A stretch of 32,286 bases of DNA from contig JAQVQT010000003.1 of assembly GCA_028701435.1 (NCBI GenBank), positions 1-32,286 on the forward strand, given 5' to 3'. The position numbers and the translations under genes were made by a program. This DNA comes from Smithellaceae bacterium (GTDB lineage: Bacteria; Desulfobacterota; Syntrophia; Syntrophales; Smithellaceae). Below are positions 17,743 through 25,609 of the stretch, one piece after another (position 1 is the stretch's first letter; each line of letters opens with the position of its first letter). Below the pieces are notes generated by a model that saw only the letters and a program-made list of their open reading frames with translations, was not told the DNA's origin and did no database searches.

Positions 17743-20301
17743 GTGAAGTCAGATGTCAGCGATATGCTCCGGAAGCTCATTCGGACACAGGAAATTACGG
17801 ATACCGAGGGAGAAGTCGTTTCCGAAGCGCCGGTGGAACTCACGACTCTGGGTGTTCCCCTGATCCGCAAAAGCAATAAACATTATGTAATCGATCTGAC
17901 GAATACCCGGGTTTTTCGAAACTTGCATACTTTTGTGCAAATGTTGACGGAAGAGGTGATTGAGCAGTGCGGATTCGGCATTGCCGATATTATGGTGCGG
18001 CGCAAGGTTGATCGCGGGTTGACTCCGGAGCTTTGCGCGATCGGGCTGGACTGGATTATGATCTATGTCCGGTTGGATGCCGCCGACAGCCTGCCTTTTG
18101 ACTATCGCAATTTCGGCAACTGCATGCAGGTGATTTTCCGCGCTTTGCAGACCGAAAAGTGGGGCGGCATTCTCTTTCCGGAATTCTTCGGGCTGAAAAA
18201 TCAGGAAAACGATCTGAACAATCCCCCCGCGCTCCTCTTTCCGTTTCATCTTCATGACCGGGAAGAAAAAAACGGCAATTATTTTCTGGTGGAATACAGC
18301 CGCCCCGGCCGTTTTCTGCGCATTACCATCGAGGATGCCGCCGGCTCCCGCCTGCAATTAAAGCGGATTCCCCATCGCGTTGTGGATCAACTGGTTCGCC
18401 CCTCCTATTTTGCGGATATTTATCCAACGGCTGAAAAGATTCATCAGGGAATGCTGCATGAGGCCATGAACCACCGTTCTGAATATCAGGAAGATATGAC
18501 CCGGCTCCCGGATTTTTTTGCCCATCTGCAACGCGAAGGGCTGCCTGATCTGCAAAAGATTCATTTTACCTGGCCGACGGATGACCGGCAGATGCTGTTT
18601 TTGGAAAATATTACCGCGGATGCGGCGACGGAATCCTTGATTATGCTCGTAAAAGAGATCCAGTTGCTGGATGATCCCCATGCGCTGAATTTATTATCCA
18701 AAGGTTATGTTGTTGAAATGATTGCCGGATCGTTTCATGTCTACTTTGATGTTTCCCGCTACGGCGCCTGCCTGAATGTGAGCTTTGATGAATTGCGTAC
18801 GGCTTTGACAATGGAGAATTACCTTTCGAGCATGCCCGCTTTGCAAGGCGCATGCGAAAAACGTCAGGGAGCGCTGCATCCGGTGCGGATTTTCCTGATC
18901 CATCATATTACCGCGGAAGTGATCGGCCTGATCCAGGCATTGGAAGGTGCGGGATGCGCGGCGGTCAGCACATTTTTTGTCCAATATTTGGGCGTTGTTC
19001 CGGAGTCTTATCTGGAAACACTGATGTCTGTGCCCCGGGAAAAATTCCAGTTTTACAGCCTGCAGAAAATTGAGACCCGCCAAAATCTGGTCGGTTTTTA
19101 TCAATTATCTCGTCAATTTACACCCCTGGCGGAGATGGAGGATATCAATAAGACGCTGCTGGCGGAAGACCTGAATTTTCTGGGGGCCATGCGTCTGGCT
19201 TCCGGACGCCTATTTTTGAAAGAAGTTGTGCTTGCCCGGCAAAATAAAGAACCGCTGCTCCTGGTGGAAGACGGCGGCTATCTGGCGCCGCTTCTCAATC
19301 GTTTTTGCCTGGAGATGAAAACCGTCGGCGAGGTTTTTGACTATTTTCATTTGTCTTTGCCCGACGGCGATGAAAAACTTTTTTTCAGCGACTGGCTTGC
19401 CGGGACTTTTCTGGGCAGCGTTGAACATACCCGAAACGGCTATGACTACAATAATGAAGTATATCAAGAATTTGGCAGGCTGCAGTTTCCCGCCGTCAGC
19501 ATTGCTCTGTCCAGACTCAAAAGAGGCCCGGAAGCCAAAGAATGCGCCCTGTCGATTCTCAATGCCACGGAAAATATTCTCAACCGGCTGGGGATGCTTT
19601 TTTCGAGGCGGACGATAACGCTTCTCGGATCGTCCGGAGCGATTGGGAATTTCCTAAAGCAGGAACTTCTCCATCGCGTCTCGGGCAGTCATCTTTTTGG
19701 CGTGGATATCGCCGCACCGGAAAATTCCAGTCAGAACATGACGGAAGTGAAAACGCTCGATGACCTGGGAAAAGACGCTATCATCCATACCGATATGTTC
19801 ATCGGCGTGGTCGGCCATTCGATCTTGCGGCAAAAGCATCTTGAAGAAATTATGCTGTACAGCCGGCATCGAAAAATATTCTTCATCAGCGGTTCGACCA
19901 AAACAGTGGAATTTGCCGACGTGCAGGATTATCTGCAATCCCTTCGCGACGCGGTAAGCCCTTGCGTCCGGGGACGGGCGGTGCAAGTGGAATTTAATGC
20001 CCTGCGTGATCTTCAAACCGGCATTCTGCAAGGCTATGAGGCTGCCATTTCCTTTCCCGAGGATCCGTCGAAAAACAAGATTATGTTTTTATTGGGCGAG
20101 CTGATGCCCATTAATTTTCTCTATTATGGCATTTCCCGCGAGATTGTGGACGAGGTTATGGCGCAGTTGTTTACGCTGTCCTGTGGTTTTGTGAGTCGGC
20201 AGCGCTCCGAAGATAAACTGCCATCCGCGCTTTTCGCGGTGGATTACGAAATCGACGGGGAAGCCGGGGCAATTTCTTTTGACGGTAAAAGCCGGACATA
20301 A
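17743..20301 (+). CDS. large hypothetical protein: N-terminal ~355 aa unassigned, C-terminal ~470 aa adenosylhomocysteinase-like with a dinucleotide-binding loop
   Basis: GTG start with GAAGGAGG 7 nt upstream; 852 aa. The block order MPALQ..RIFLIHHITAEVIGLIQAL, LLVEDGGYL, VEHTRNG, PAVSIALSRLK, LLGSSGAIGNF, TDMFIGVVG, IFFISGSTKTVEF, LLGELMPINF is colinear with SAHH blocks as I remember them. That it is a CDS is confident; its function is not. Confidence 0.6.
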   Translation: MKSDVSDMLRKLIRTQEITDTEGEVVSEAPVELTTLGVPLIRKSNKHYVIDLTNTRVFRNLHTFVQMLTEEVIEQCGFGIADIMVRRKVDRGLTPELCAIGLDWIMIYVRLDAADSLPFDYRNFGNCMQVIFRALQTEKWGGILFPEFFGLKNQENDLNNPPALLFPFHLHDREEKNGNYFLVEYSRPGRFLRITIEDAAGSRLQLKRIPHRVVDQLVRPSYFADIYPTAEKIHQGMLHEAMNHRSEYQEDMTRLPDFFAHLQREGLPDLQKIHFTWPTDDRQMLFLENITADAATESLIMLVKEIQLLDDPHALNLLSKGYVVEMIAGSFHVYFDVSRYGACLNVSFDELRTALTMENYLSSMPALQGACEKRQGALHPVRIFLIHHITAEVIGLIQALEGAGCAAVSTFFVQYLGVVPESYLETLMSVPREKFQFYSLQKIETRQNLVGFYQLSRQFTPLAEMEDINKTLLAEDLNFLGAMRLASGRLFLKEVVLARQNKEPLLLVEDGGYLAPLLNRFCLEMKTVGEVFDYFHLSLPDGDEKLFFSDWLAGTFLGSVEHTRNGYDYNNEVYQEFGRLQFPAVSIALSRLKRGPEAKECALSILNATENILNRLGMLFSRRTITLLGSSGAIGNFLKQELLHRVSGSHLFGVDIAAPENSSQNMTEVKTLDDLGKDAIIHTDMFIGVVGHSILRQKHLEEIMLYSRHRKIFFISGSTKTVEFADVQDYLQSLRDAVSPCVRGRAVQVEFNALRDLQTGILQGYEAAISFPEDPSKNKIMFLLGELMPINFLYYGISREIVDEVMAQLFTLSCGFVSRQRSEDKLPSALFAVDYEIDGEAGAISFDGKSRT

Positions 20302-20409
20302 ATCAGGGAAAATCAGGAGGCGATGACGACGGGGGGCGGCCATCCGTTTTTGCATCCATCTTTCTGCGAAACTCAATTTTGTCAAAACATTTCCTGTTCA
20401 AAACATTGG

Positions 20410-20436
20410 CTTGACAAATCCGGATTAAGGATATAA
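20410..20436 (+). promoter_or_regulatory. candidate sigma70-like promoter of the EF-G gene
   Basis: Perfect TTGACA 20410-20415, a short 15-nt spacer, then TATAAA 20431-20436. Two 12-mers with 10/12 identity sit just upstream: TGTCAAAACATT 20380-20391 and TGTTCAAACATT 20395-20406. Confidence 0.35.
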
Positions 20437-20475
20437 ATGCTCAAACCTTATTTCTAAGGCTCGATTACGGTGGAT

Positions 20476-20520
20476 CCCCCCATCTGGCAGAGACTCTTCC
20501 ATGTGCGGGGAATTTTTTTT
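20476..20520 (+). terminator. terminator-like imperfect hairpin plus T8 tract inside the EF-G leader (possible attenuator)
   Basis: CCCCCCATCTGG (20476-20487) can pair imperfectly with CCATGTGCGGGG (20499-20510). AA and TTTTTTTT (20513-20520) follow, 40 nt before ATG 20560. Pairing was done by eye and has bulges. Confidence 0.3.
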
Positions 20521-20559
20521 CGTAGAATCCGGGCGGCCATTTTGTGAAAGGGATGCACC

Positions 20560-22647
20560 ATGAAGTTTGACGATCAGAAAATACGCAATATCGGAATCAG
20601 CGCGCACATCGACTCCGGTAAAACCACACTCAGCGAGAGGATTCTGTTTTATACCAAGAGAATTCACGCGATCCATGACGTGAAAGGCAAAGACGGTGTG
20701 GGTGCCACCATGGATTCGATGGACCTGGAAAAGGAGCGCGGCATCACCATTGCATCGGCCGCTACCTACTGCGAATGGAAGGGTCATGAAATCAATATCA
20801 TCGACACGCCCGGCCACGTGGATTTCACGATTGAAGTGGAAAGGTCCCTGCGCGTGCTGGACGGCGCGATTCTGGTTCTGTGCTCCGTCGGCGGCGTTCA
20901 GTCCCAGTCCATCACCGTCGATCAGCAGATGAAGCGCTACAAGGTTCCCTGCATTGCGTTTATCAATAAATGCGACCGCAGCGGCGCCAATCCATTCCGC
21001 GTGATTGAACAGCTTCGCACTAAACTCGGCCATAACGCCGTGGCCATGCAGATTCCCGTCGGTCTGGAAACAGAGCTGGAGGGCGTGGTCGATCTGGTGG
21101 CGATGAAAGCCGTTTATTTTGACGGAGAAAGCGGCGAAGAGGTCCGCGTGGAGGACATTCCGCCACATTTACGGGCTGAAGCAGCAGCCAAAAGAGAAGC
21201 GCTGGTCGATGCCGCATCATTATTTTCCGACGAATTAACGGAAGCGATTCTGGAGGAGAAGGAAATCTCCCCCGAGCTTCTTTACACCGCCCTGCGCAGA
21301 GGGACATTGAAGAGGGAGCTGACCCCGGTTTACATGGGATCCGCTTATAAAAACAAAGCGATTCAGCCCCTGCTTGACGGAGTGACCTATCTGTTGCCCG
21401 CCCCGTCGGAAGTGGAGAATGTCGCCCTGGACATGAATCATCATGAAGAACCGGTCGTTCTGACCGGCGATCCGGAAAAGCCGATCATCGCGCTGGCGTT
21501 CAAGCTGGAAGACGGCCAGTACGGACAGCTTACCTATATCCGCGTTTATGAAGGGACCATCGAAAAAGGCTCGACCATCGTGAATGTCCGCAACGGCAAG
21601 AAAGTCAAGGTCGGCCGCGTCGTCCGGATGCACGCCGATCAGATGGAAGACGTCGATTCTTTGCGCGCCGGCTACATCGGCGCCCTCTTCGGGATAGAAT
21701 GCTCGTCGGGAGACACGTTTGTGTCGCCGGGGATCAATATGACCATGACCTCGATGTACGTGCCGAAGCCGGTCATTTCGCTGGCGATCGTGCCGAAAGA
21801 CAACAAGGCGCAAATGGCCATGTCCAAAGCCCTGAACCGCTTTTCCAAAGAGGATCCGACGTTCAAGACGCATGTGGATCCGGAAACCAACGAGACCATC
21901 ATCGAAGGCATGGGCGAGCTGCATCTGGACATCTATGTCGAGCGAATGAAGCGCGAATACAACGCGGAAGTGACCACAGGCAATCCCCGTGTAGCGTACC
22001 GGGAAACCATTACGCAGCGGGCCGATTTCAACTACACGCATAAAAAGCAAACCGGCGGCTCCGGGCAGTTCGGACGCATTGCCGGCTACATCGAACCGAT
22101 CAGCGACGCGGAATTTGTTTTTGAAAATAAGATATTCGGCGGCGCCATTCCCACGCAGTATATTCCCGCGTGCGAAAAAGGTTTCCGGCAGAGCATGGCC
22201 AAAGGGCCCAAGCTGGAGTTCCCGATTACCGGCGTGAAAGTCGTGATCGATGACGGCGCGTCGCACGCCGTGGATTCCTCGGACATGGCGTTTCAGGCGG
22301 CGGCCCGCGGCGCCTTTCGGGACGCCTATTTGCGCGCCAAACCCGTCGTTCACGAGCCGATCATGAAAGTCGTCGTTGAATCGCCGACGGAATTTCAGGG
22401 GTCCGTGATGGGACTCCTCAATCAGCGGCGCGGCATGATCATCGGTTCGCAGGACGAAGGCGTCATGTGCGTCATTGAATCTCAGGTGCCGCTGGGGGAA
22501 ATGTTCGGTTTTTCAACCATCCTTCGCTCCGCGACGCAGGGCAAGGCGCAGTTTACCATGGAATTTGCCCTTTACCGCCAGGTGCCGCAATCGATTGCGG
22601 AGAAAATCGCCCTGGAAGCGGCCAAGAACAAGAAAACGGCGGCGTAA
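20560..22647 (+). CDS. fusA: elongation factor G, mitochondrial-EFG1-like / spd-type paralogue, not in a str operon context
   Basis: [17 protein letters not shown] and NKCD GTPase motifs. The segment [26 protein letters not shown] matches the mtEFG1-type insertion, not the E. coli-type [22 protein letters not shown]. 695 aa with full domains II-V. Confidence 0.92.
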   Translation: MKFDDQKIRNIGISAHIDSGKTTLSERILFYTKRIHAIHDVKGKDGVGATMDSMDLEKERGITIASAATYCEWKGHEINIIDTPGHVDFTIEVERSLRVLDGAILVLCSVGGVQSQSITVDQQMKRYKVPCIAFINKCDRSGANPFRVIEQLRTKLGHNAVAMQIPVGLETELEGVVDLVAMKAVYFDGESGEEVRVEDIPPHLRAEAAAKREALVDAASLFSDELTEAILEEKEISPELLYTALRRGTLKRELTPVYMGSAYKNKAIQPLLDGVTYLLPAPSEVENVALDMNHHEEPVVLTGDPEKPIIALAFKLEDGQYGQLTYIRVYEGTIEKGSTIVNVRNGKKVKVGRVVRMHADQMEDVDSLRAGYIGALFGIECSSGDTFVSPGINMTMTSMYVPKPVISLAIVPKDNKAQMAMSKALNRFSKEDPTFKTHVDPETNETIIEGMGELHLDIYVERMKREYNAEVTTGNPRVAYRETITQRADFNYTHKKQTGGSGQFGRIAGYIEPISDAEFVFENKIFGGAIPTQYIPACEKGFRQSMAKGPKLEFPITGVKVVIDDGASHAVDSSDMAFQAAARGAFRDAYLRAKPVVHEPIMKVVVESPTEFQGSVMGLLNQRRGMIIGSQDEGVMCVIESQVPLGEMFGFSTILRSATQGKAQFTMEFALYRQVPQSIAEKIALEAAKNKKTAA

Positions 22648-22685
22648 TACAGAGGCGATAGGCTATAGGCAATGGGCGATAGGTA

Positions 22686-23447
22686 ATGGTGGTGAGCAGG
22701 GCTTTAAGACGGGAAGACAATGTCATCCATTTAACGTATGAGGACATGATGATGATTAAGAAAGAAATCATAGAGAGAAATCCGCTGTTGAACCTGGGAT
22801 TCGAACGGGAATATATCCTGGCCGACGGAGGATTGGGTGCGGTTCTGGCCCACGCCGGCGTCGGCAAAACGGCGCTGCTCGTACAGACGGCGCTGCATGC
22901 CATGATGCATGAACAGCCCGTGCTGCATGTCAGCCTGAACGACGCGGTCAGCAAGGTGGATTTGTGGTACCGCGAATTATTCAACGACATGGCCTCAAAA
23001 TATGATTCCACGGAAATTACCCAATACTGGGAAAATATGCTTAATTACCGGTTTATCATGACCTTCCGGGTGGAAGGATTCAGCGTTCCGAAGCTGGAGG
23101 AGCGTCTGGCCGACCTGATGCAGCAGAATATTTTCAAGCCGCACACCGTTATTCTGGACGGCCTGAAATTTGATGAATCCGGGCGGGGGCTGTTGGTGGA
23201 ATTGAAGGAAATGGCCGGAAAATACGCCATGCGCATCTGGTGCACCGTTCACACGCATCGTCATGAACCGCCCAAGGAAGATGGATTGCCTCTTTCTTTC
23301 CTGCATGTGGCGGATCTTTTTGATGTGCTGGTGCAGTTGTCTTCCCAGGGGCCCGAAGTTTATATTAAAGCCCTCAAGGGCCAGTTGCCCGATTCCCGGC
23401 AGGATGCCCTGCTGCTCGATCCGGCGACCATGCTGATCAAATCGTAA
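22686..23447 (+). CDS. single-domain RecA-superfamily (KaiC/DnaB-like) P-loop ATPase, function unknown
   Basis: Walker A LAHAGVGKTALL and Walker B-like HTVILDGL. The start is ambiguous. ATG 22686 has only a weak SD. The in-frame ATG triplet at 22746/22749/22752 follows GAGGA (22740-22744), so the protein may be 20-22 aa shorter. Confidence 0.6.
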   Translation: MVVSRALRREDNVIHLTYEDMMMIKKEIIERNPLLNLGFEREYILADGGLGAVLAHAGVGKTALLVQTALHAMMHEQPVLHVSLNDAVSKVDLWYRELFNDMASKYDSTEITQYWENMLNYRFIMTFRVEGFSVPKLEERLADLMQQNIFKPHTVILDGLKFDESGRGLLVELKEMAGKYAMRIWCTVHTHRHEPPKEDGLPLSFLHVADLFDVLVQLSSQGPEVYIKALKGQLPDSRQDALLLDPATMLIKS

Positions 23448-23452
23448 AAAAA

Positions 23453-23486
23453 GGAGGCAGTCCGACGGACTGCCTCCCCTGTTTTT
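23453..23486. terminator. bidirectional rho-independent terminator shared by the convergent genes
   Basis: An 11-bp perfect stem, GGAGGCAGTCC (23453-23463) with GGACTGCCTCC (23467-23477), and loop GAC. An A7 run lies on the left and TGTTTTT on the right. Confidence 0.75.
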
Positions 23487-23526
23487 GCTTCCGGTTTTTT
23501 GGTTTGTCAAAACCGATAGCTTCCGT

Positions 23527-25353
23527 CTATTCCTTGTATAGATTGTTGAGCATGTCCCCGTATTTATCCATGACTGCCTGGCGTTTGAGCTTCATGGTCT
23601 GCGTGAGCATGCCGCTTTCCAGCGTGAAATCCTCCAGAATGAAGGCGAATTTCTGGGGAACTTCATAAGATCCTATCGTTTTTCTCAGGTGGTTCTGCAC
23701 CTCGGCGGTCAGCAATTCCTTGAAGTTGCGGCCGGCGGGATTGCTGGGATCGAACAGGCTTTCCGGTTCCACGGACAAATTCAGTTTCTCGGCCATCTGC
23801 TTGAGCAGCTTCATGTCGGGAACAATCAGACCTACGTTGTATTCCTGACCGGCCCCGTAAATCATGGCGTTCAGGATCCACGGCAGGACCTTCATTTCCA
23901 GTTCGACGGCGTCCGGATGGATGTATTTGCCGTTGGCCAGCTTGTATTCTTCCTTGAAGCGGCCCGTAATGAACAGAAACCCGTCGTTGTCGAGGCGTCC
24001 CCGGTCTCCGGTGCGCACGCCGCGCATTCCATTCATTTCCACGATCACTTCTTTTGTTTTTTCCGGTTTGTTGTGGTAGCCGATCATGCACTGGGGGCCG
24101 AAGCAGATGATTTCGCCGTCGTCGCCGCTGTCACCCGTCCGCGACCGGTCGATCACCACCTTGGTTTTGTTGATCGGTTTTCCGACAGACCCCAGGCGGT
24201 TGCCCATCAGCGGCGAGTTGATGGTAATGGCTGGAGACGTTTCGCTCAGCCCATAGGCGTCATAGGTCGGGATGCCCACATCGATGAAGAATTTGGCGAT
24301 TTCCACGTTCATCGGGGCGCTGCCGGTCACCGCGTTGTCGAGGCGTCCGCCAAAGCGATCACGAATCTTGGCCAAAACGATTTTGTCCAGAAGCTTGTAT
24401 TTCAGACCGACCTTGCCCGTTTCCCGTTTTTGCTTTGCCGCCGCCAGCGCCATTTCAAAGAGCTTCAGCTTCAGCCCGCCTTCCTCCCTCATTTTGGCCC
24501 AGACGCCGTTATAGACTTTGTTGAACACCCTGGGTACTGTAATCATAAACGTCGGCTGAATCTTGGGCAGATCATCGATCAGGGTTTCGACGGATCCCAT
24601 GATGCCGATAGAGCCTCCCCGCAGCATGAAGGCGTGCAGGTCCGCCGTAATGCCGAAAGAGTGCGCCCACGGAAGCATGGAGATGCACCGGCTCTGCTCG
24701 GTCAGGTTCAAAAACCAGGCCAGCCCGGCCTTGACGTTTTCCGCCAGATTGCCGTGGGAAAGAAGCACTCCCTTGGGCTCGCCTGTGGTTCCCGAAGTGT
24801 AGATCAGGACGGCGACGTCGGAGTATTTGGGCTTCTGGGAGGCAACGGGCTTTTCGGCGCCTTTTTTCTCCAGGGCGGCCATCGTCTTGTCCCCCGTGCC
24901 CTCAATCAGATAGATGTGCTGGAGCGTTGGAATTTCCGAGGGGAAATTTTTCACCTTTTCCAGAATCTCCGGTTTGGAAACGAGCAGGACCTTGACGGCG
25001 GCGTCCTTGATGATGTATTTCCACATCGTCACCAGTTCTTTTTCGTACATCGGAACATAGGCGGCGCATAGCCCCTGCGTGGCCATTTCTCCGATCAGCC
25101 ATTCCTTGCGGTTGTTCGCGATGATTCCGACCGTGTCTCCGGCTTTGACCCCGAGCGACGCAAGGCCGGCCCGCAAATTGTTCACGCGGGTTGCGATTTG
25201 CGCGTAGGTTACCCACTGATACACCCCGGAAGAATCTTTCTCTCCAATAAAAAGATTATTGGCGTATCTGGCGGCGCTGTTTTCAAAAATCTCCACCAGA
25301 TTGTCCGGGGCCTCATACGTGTTTTGATACTCACCATATTCAAAAATCGCCAT
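23527..25353 (-). CDS. long-chain-fatty-acid--CoA ligase (AMP-forming acyl-CoA synthetase)
   Basis: AMP-binding motif LIYTSGTTGEPKGVLLSHGNL plus YGLSETS and TGDRG...DGFLFITGR blocks. 608 aa. AAGGAG SD upstream of ATG 25353. Confidence 0.88.
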   Translation of the reverse strand: MAIFEYGEYQNTYEAPDNLVEIFENSAARYANNLFIGEKDSSGVYQWVTYAQIATRVNNLRAGLASLGVKAGDTVGIIANNRKEWLIGEMATQGLCAAYVPMYEKELVTMWKYIIKDAAVKVLLVSKPEILEKVKNFPSEIPTLQHIYLIEGTGDKTMAALEKKGAEKPVASQKPKYSDVAVLIYTSGTTGEPKGVLLSHGNLAENVKAGLAWFLNLTEQSRCISMLPWAHSFGITADLHAFMLRGGSIGIMGSVETLIDDLPKIQPTFMITVPRVFNKVYNGVWAKMREEGGLKLKLFEMALAAAKQKRETGKVGLKYKLLDKIVLAKIRDRFGGRLDNAVTGSAPMNVEIAKFFIDVGIPTYDAYGLSETSPAITINSPLMGNRLGSVGKPINKTKVVIDRSRTGDSGDDGEIICFGPQCMIGYHNKPEKTKEVIVEMNGMRGVRTGDRGRLDNDGFLFITGRFKEEYKLANGKYIHPDAVELEMKVLPWILNAMIYGAGQEYNVGLIVPDMKLLKQMAEKLNLSVEPESLFDPSNPAGRNFKELLTAEVQNHLRKTIGSYEVPQKFAFILEDFTLESGMLTQTMKLKRQAVMDKYGDMLNNLYKE

Positions 25354-25609
25354 AAACCCTATCGCTCCTTTCGAAATTTGATTAAGAGTTGCAGTAAACG
25401 GATCTGTAAATTTTTGTTCGGTTATGTTTCGTTAGTCAATGGATTAAGCCGGACGCTTCTCTATCTAACGACGTTTGATGACATCTTGTTGCATTCAAAG
25501 AATTGAAACCCGGAAAGAGCGCTGAGGGAGTGAGCGAAGAATCGGCTGAATAACCGTCTTTCCGATGCTTCTCTATATGGGAAAAACCAACGGCAAGTCA
25601 AGAGGTTTT

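Noticed and set aside
20323-20427. 34-aa Cys-containing small ORF (MTTGGGHPFLHPSFCETQFCQNISCSNIGLTNPD) after an AGGAGG, considered as a possible RiPP precursor or leader peptide
   Set aside because: The AGGAGG ends only 2 nt before the ATG, which is too close. The ORF overlaps the repeats and -35 of the EF-G promoter. No modifying enzyme is nearby. It cannot be supported without conservation data.
21235-22353. 372-aa ORF on the minus strand
   Set aside because: It is antisense to EF-G; a shadow ORF.
23689-25071. 460-aa ORF on the plus strand
   Set aside because: It is antisense to the acyl-CoA synthetase gene, with no recognisable motif and the composition of a shadow ORF.
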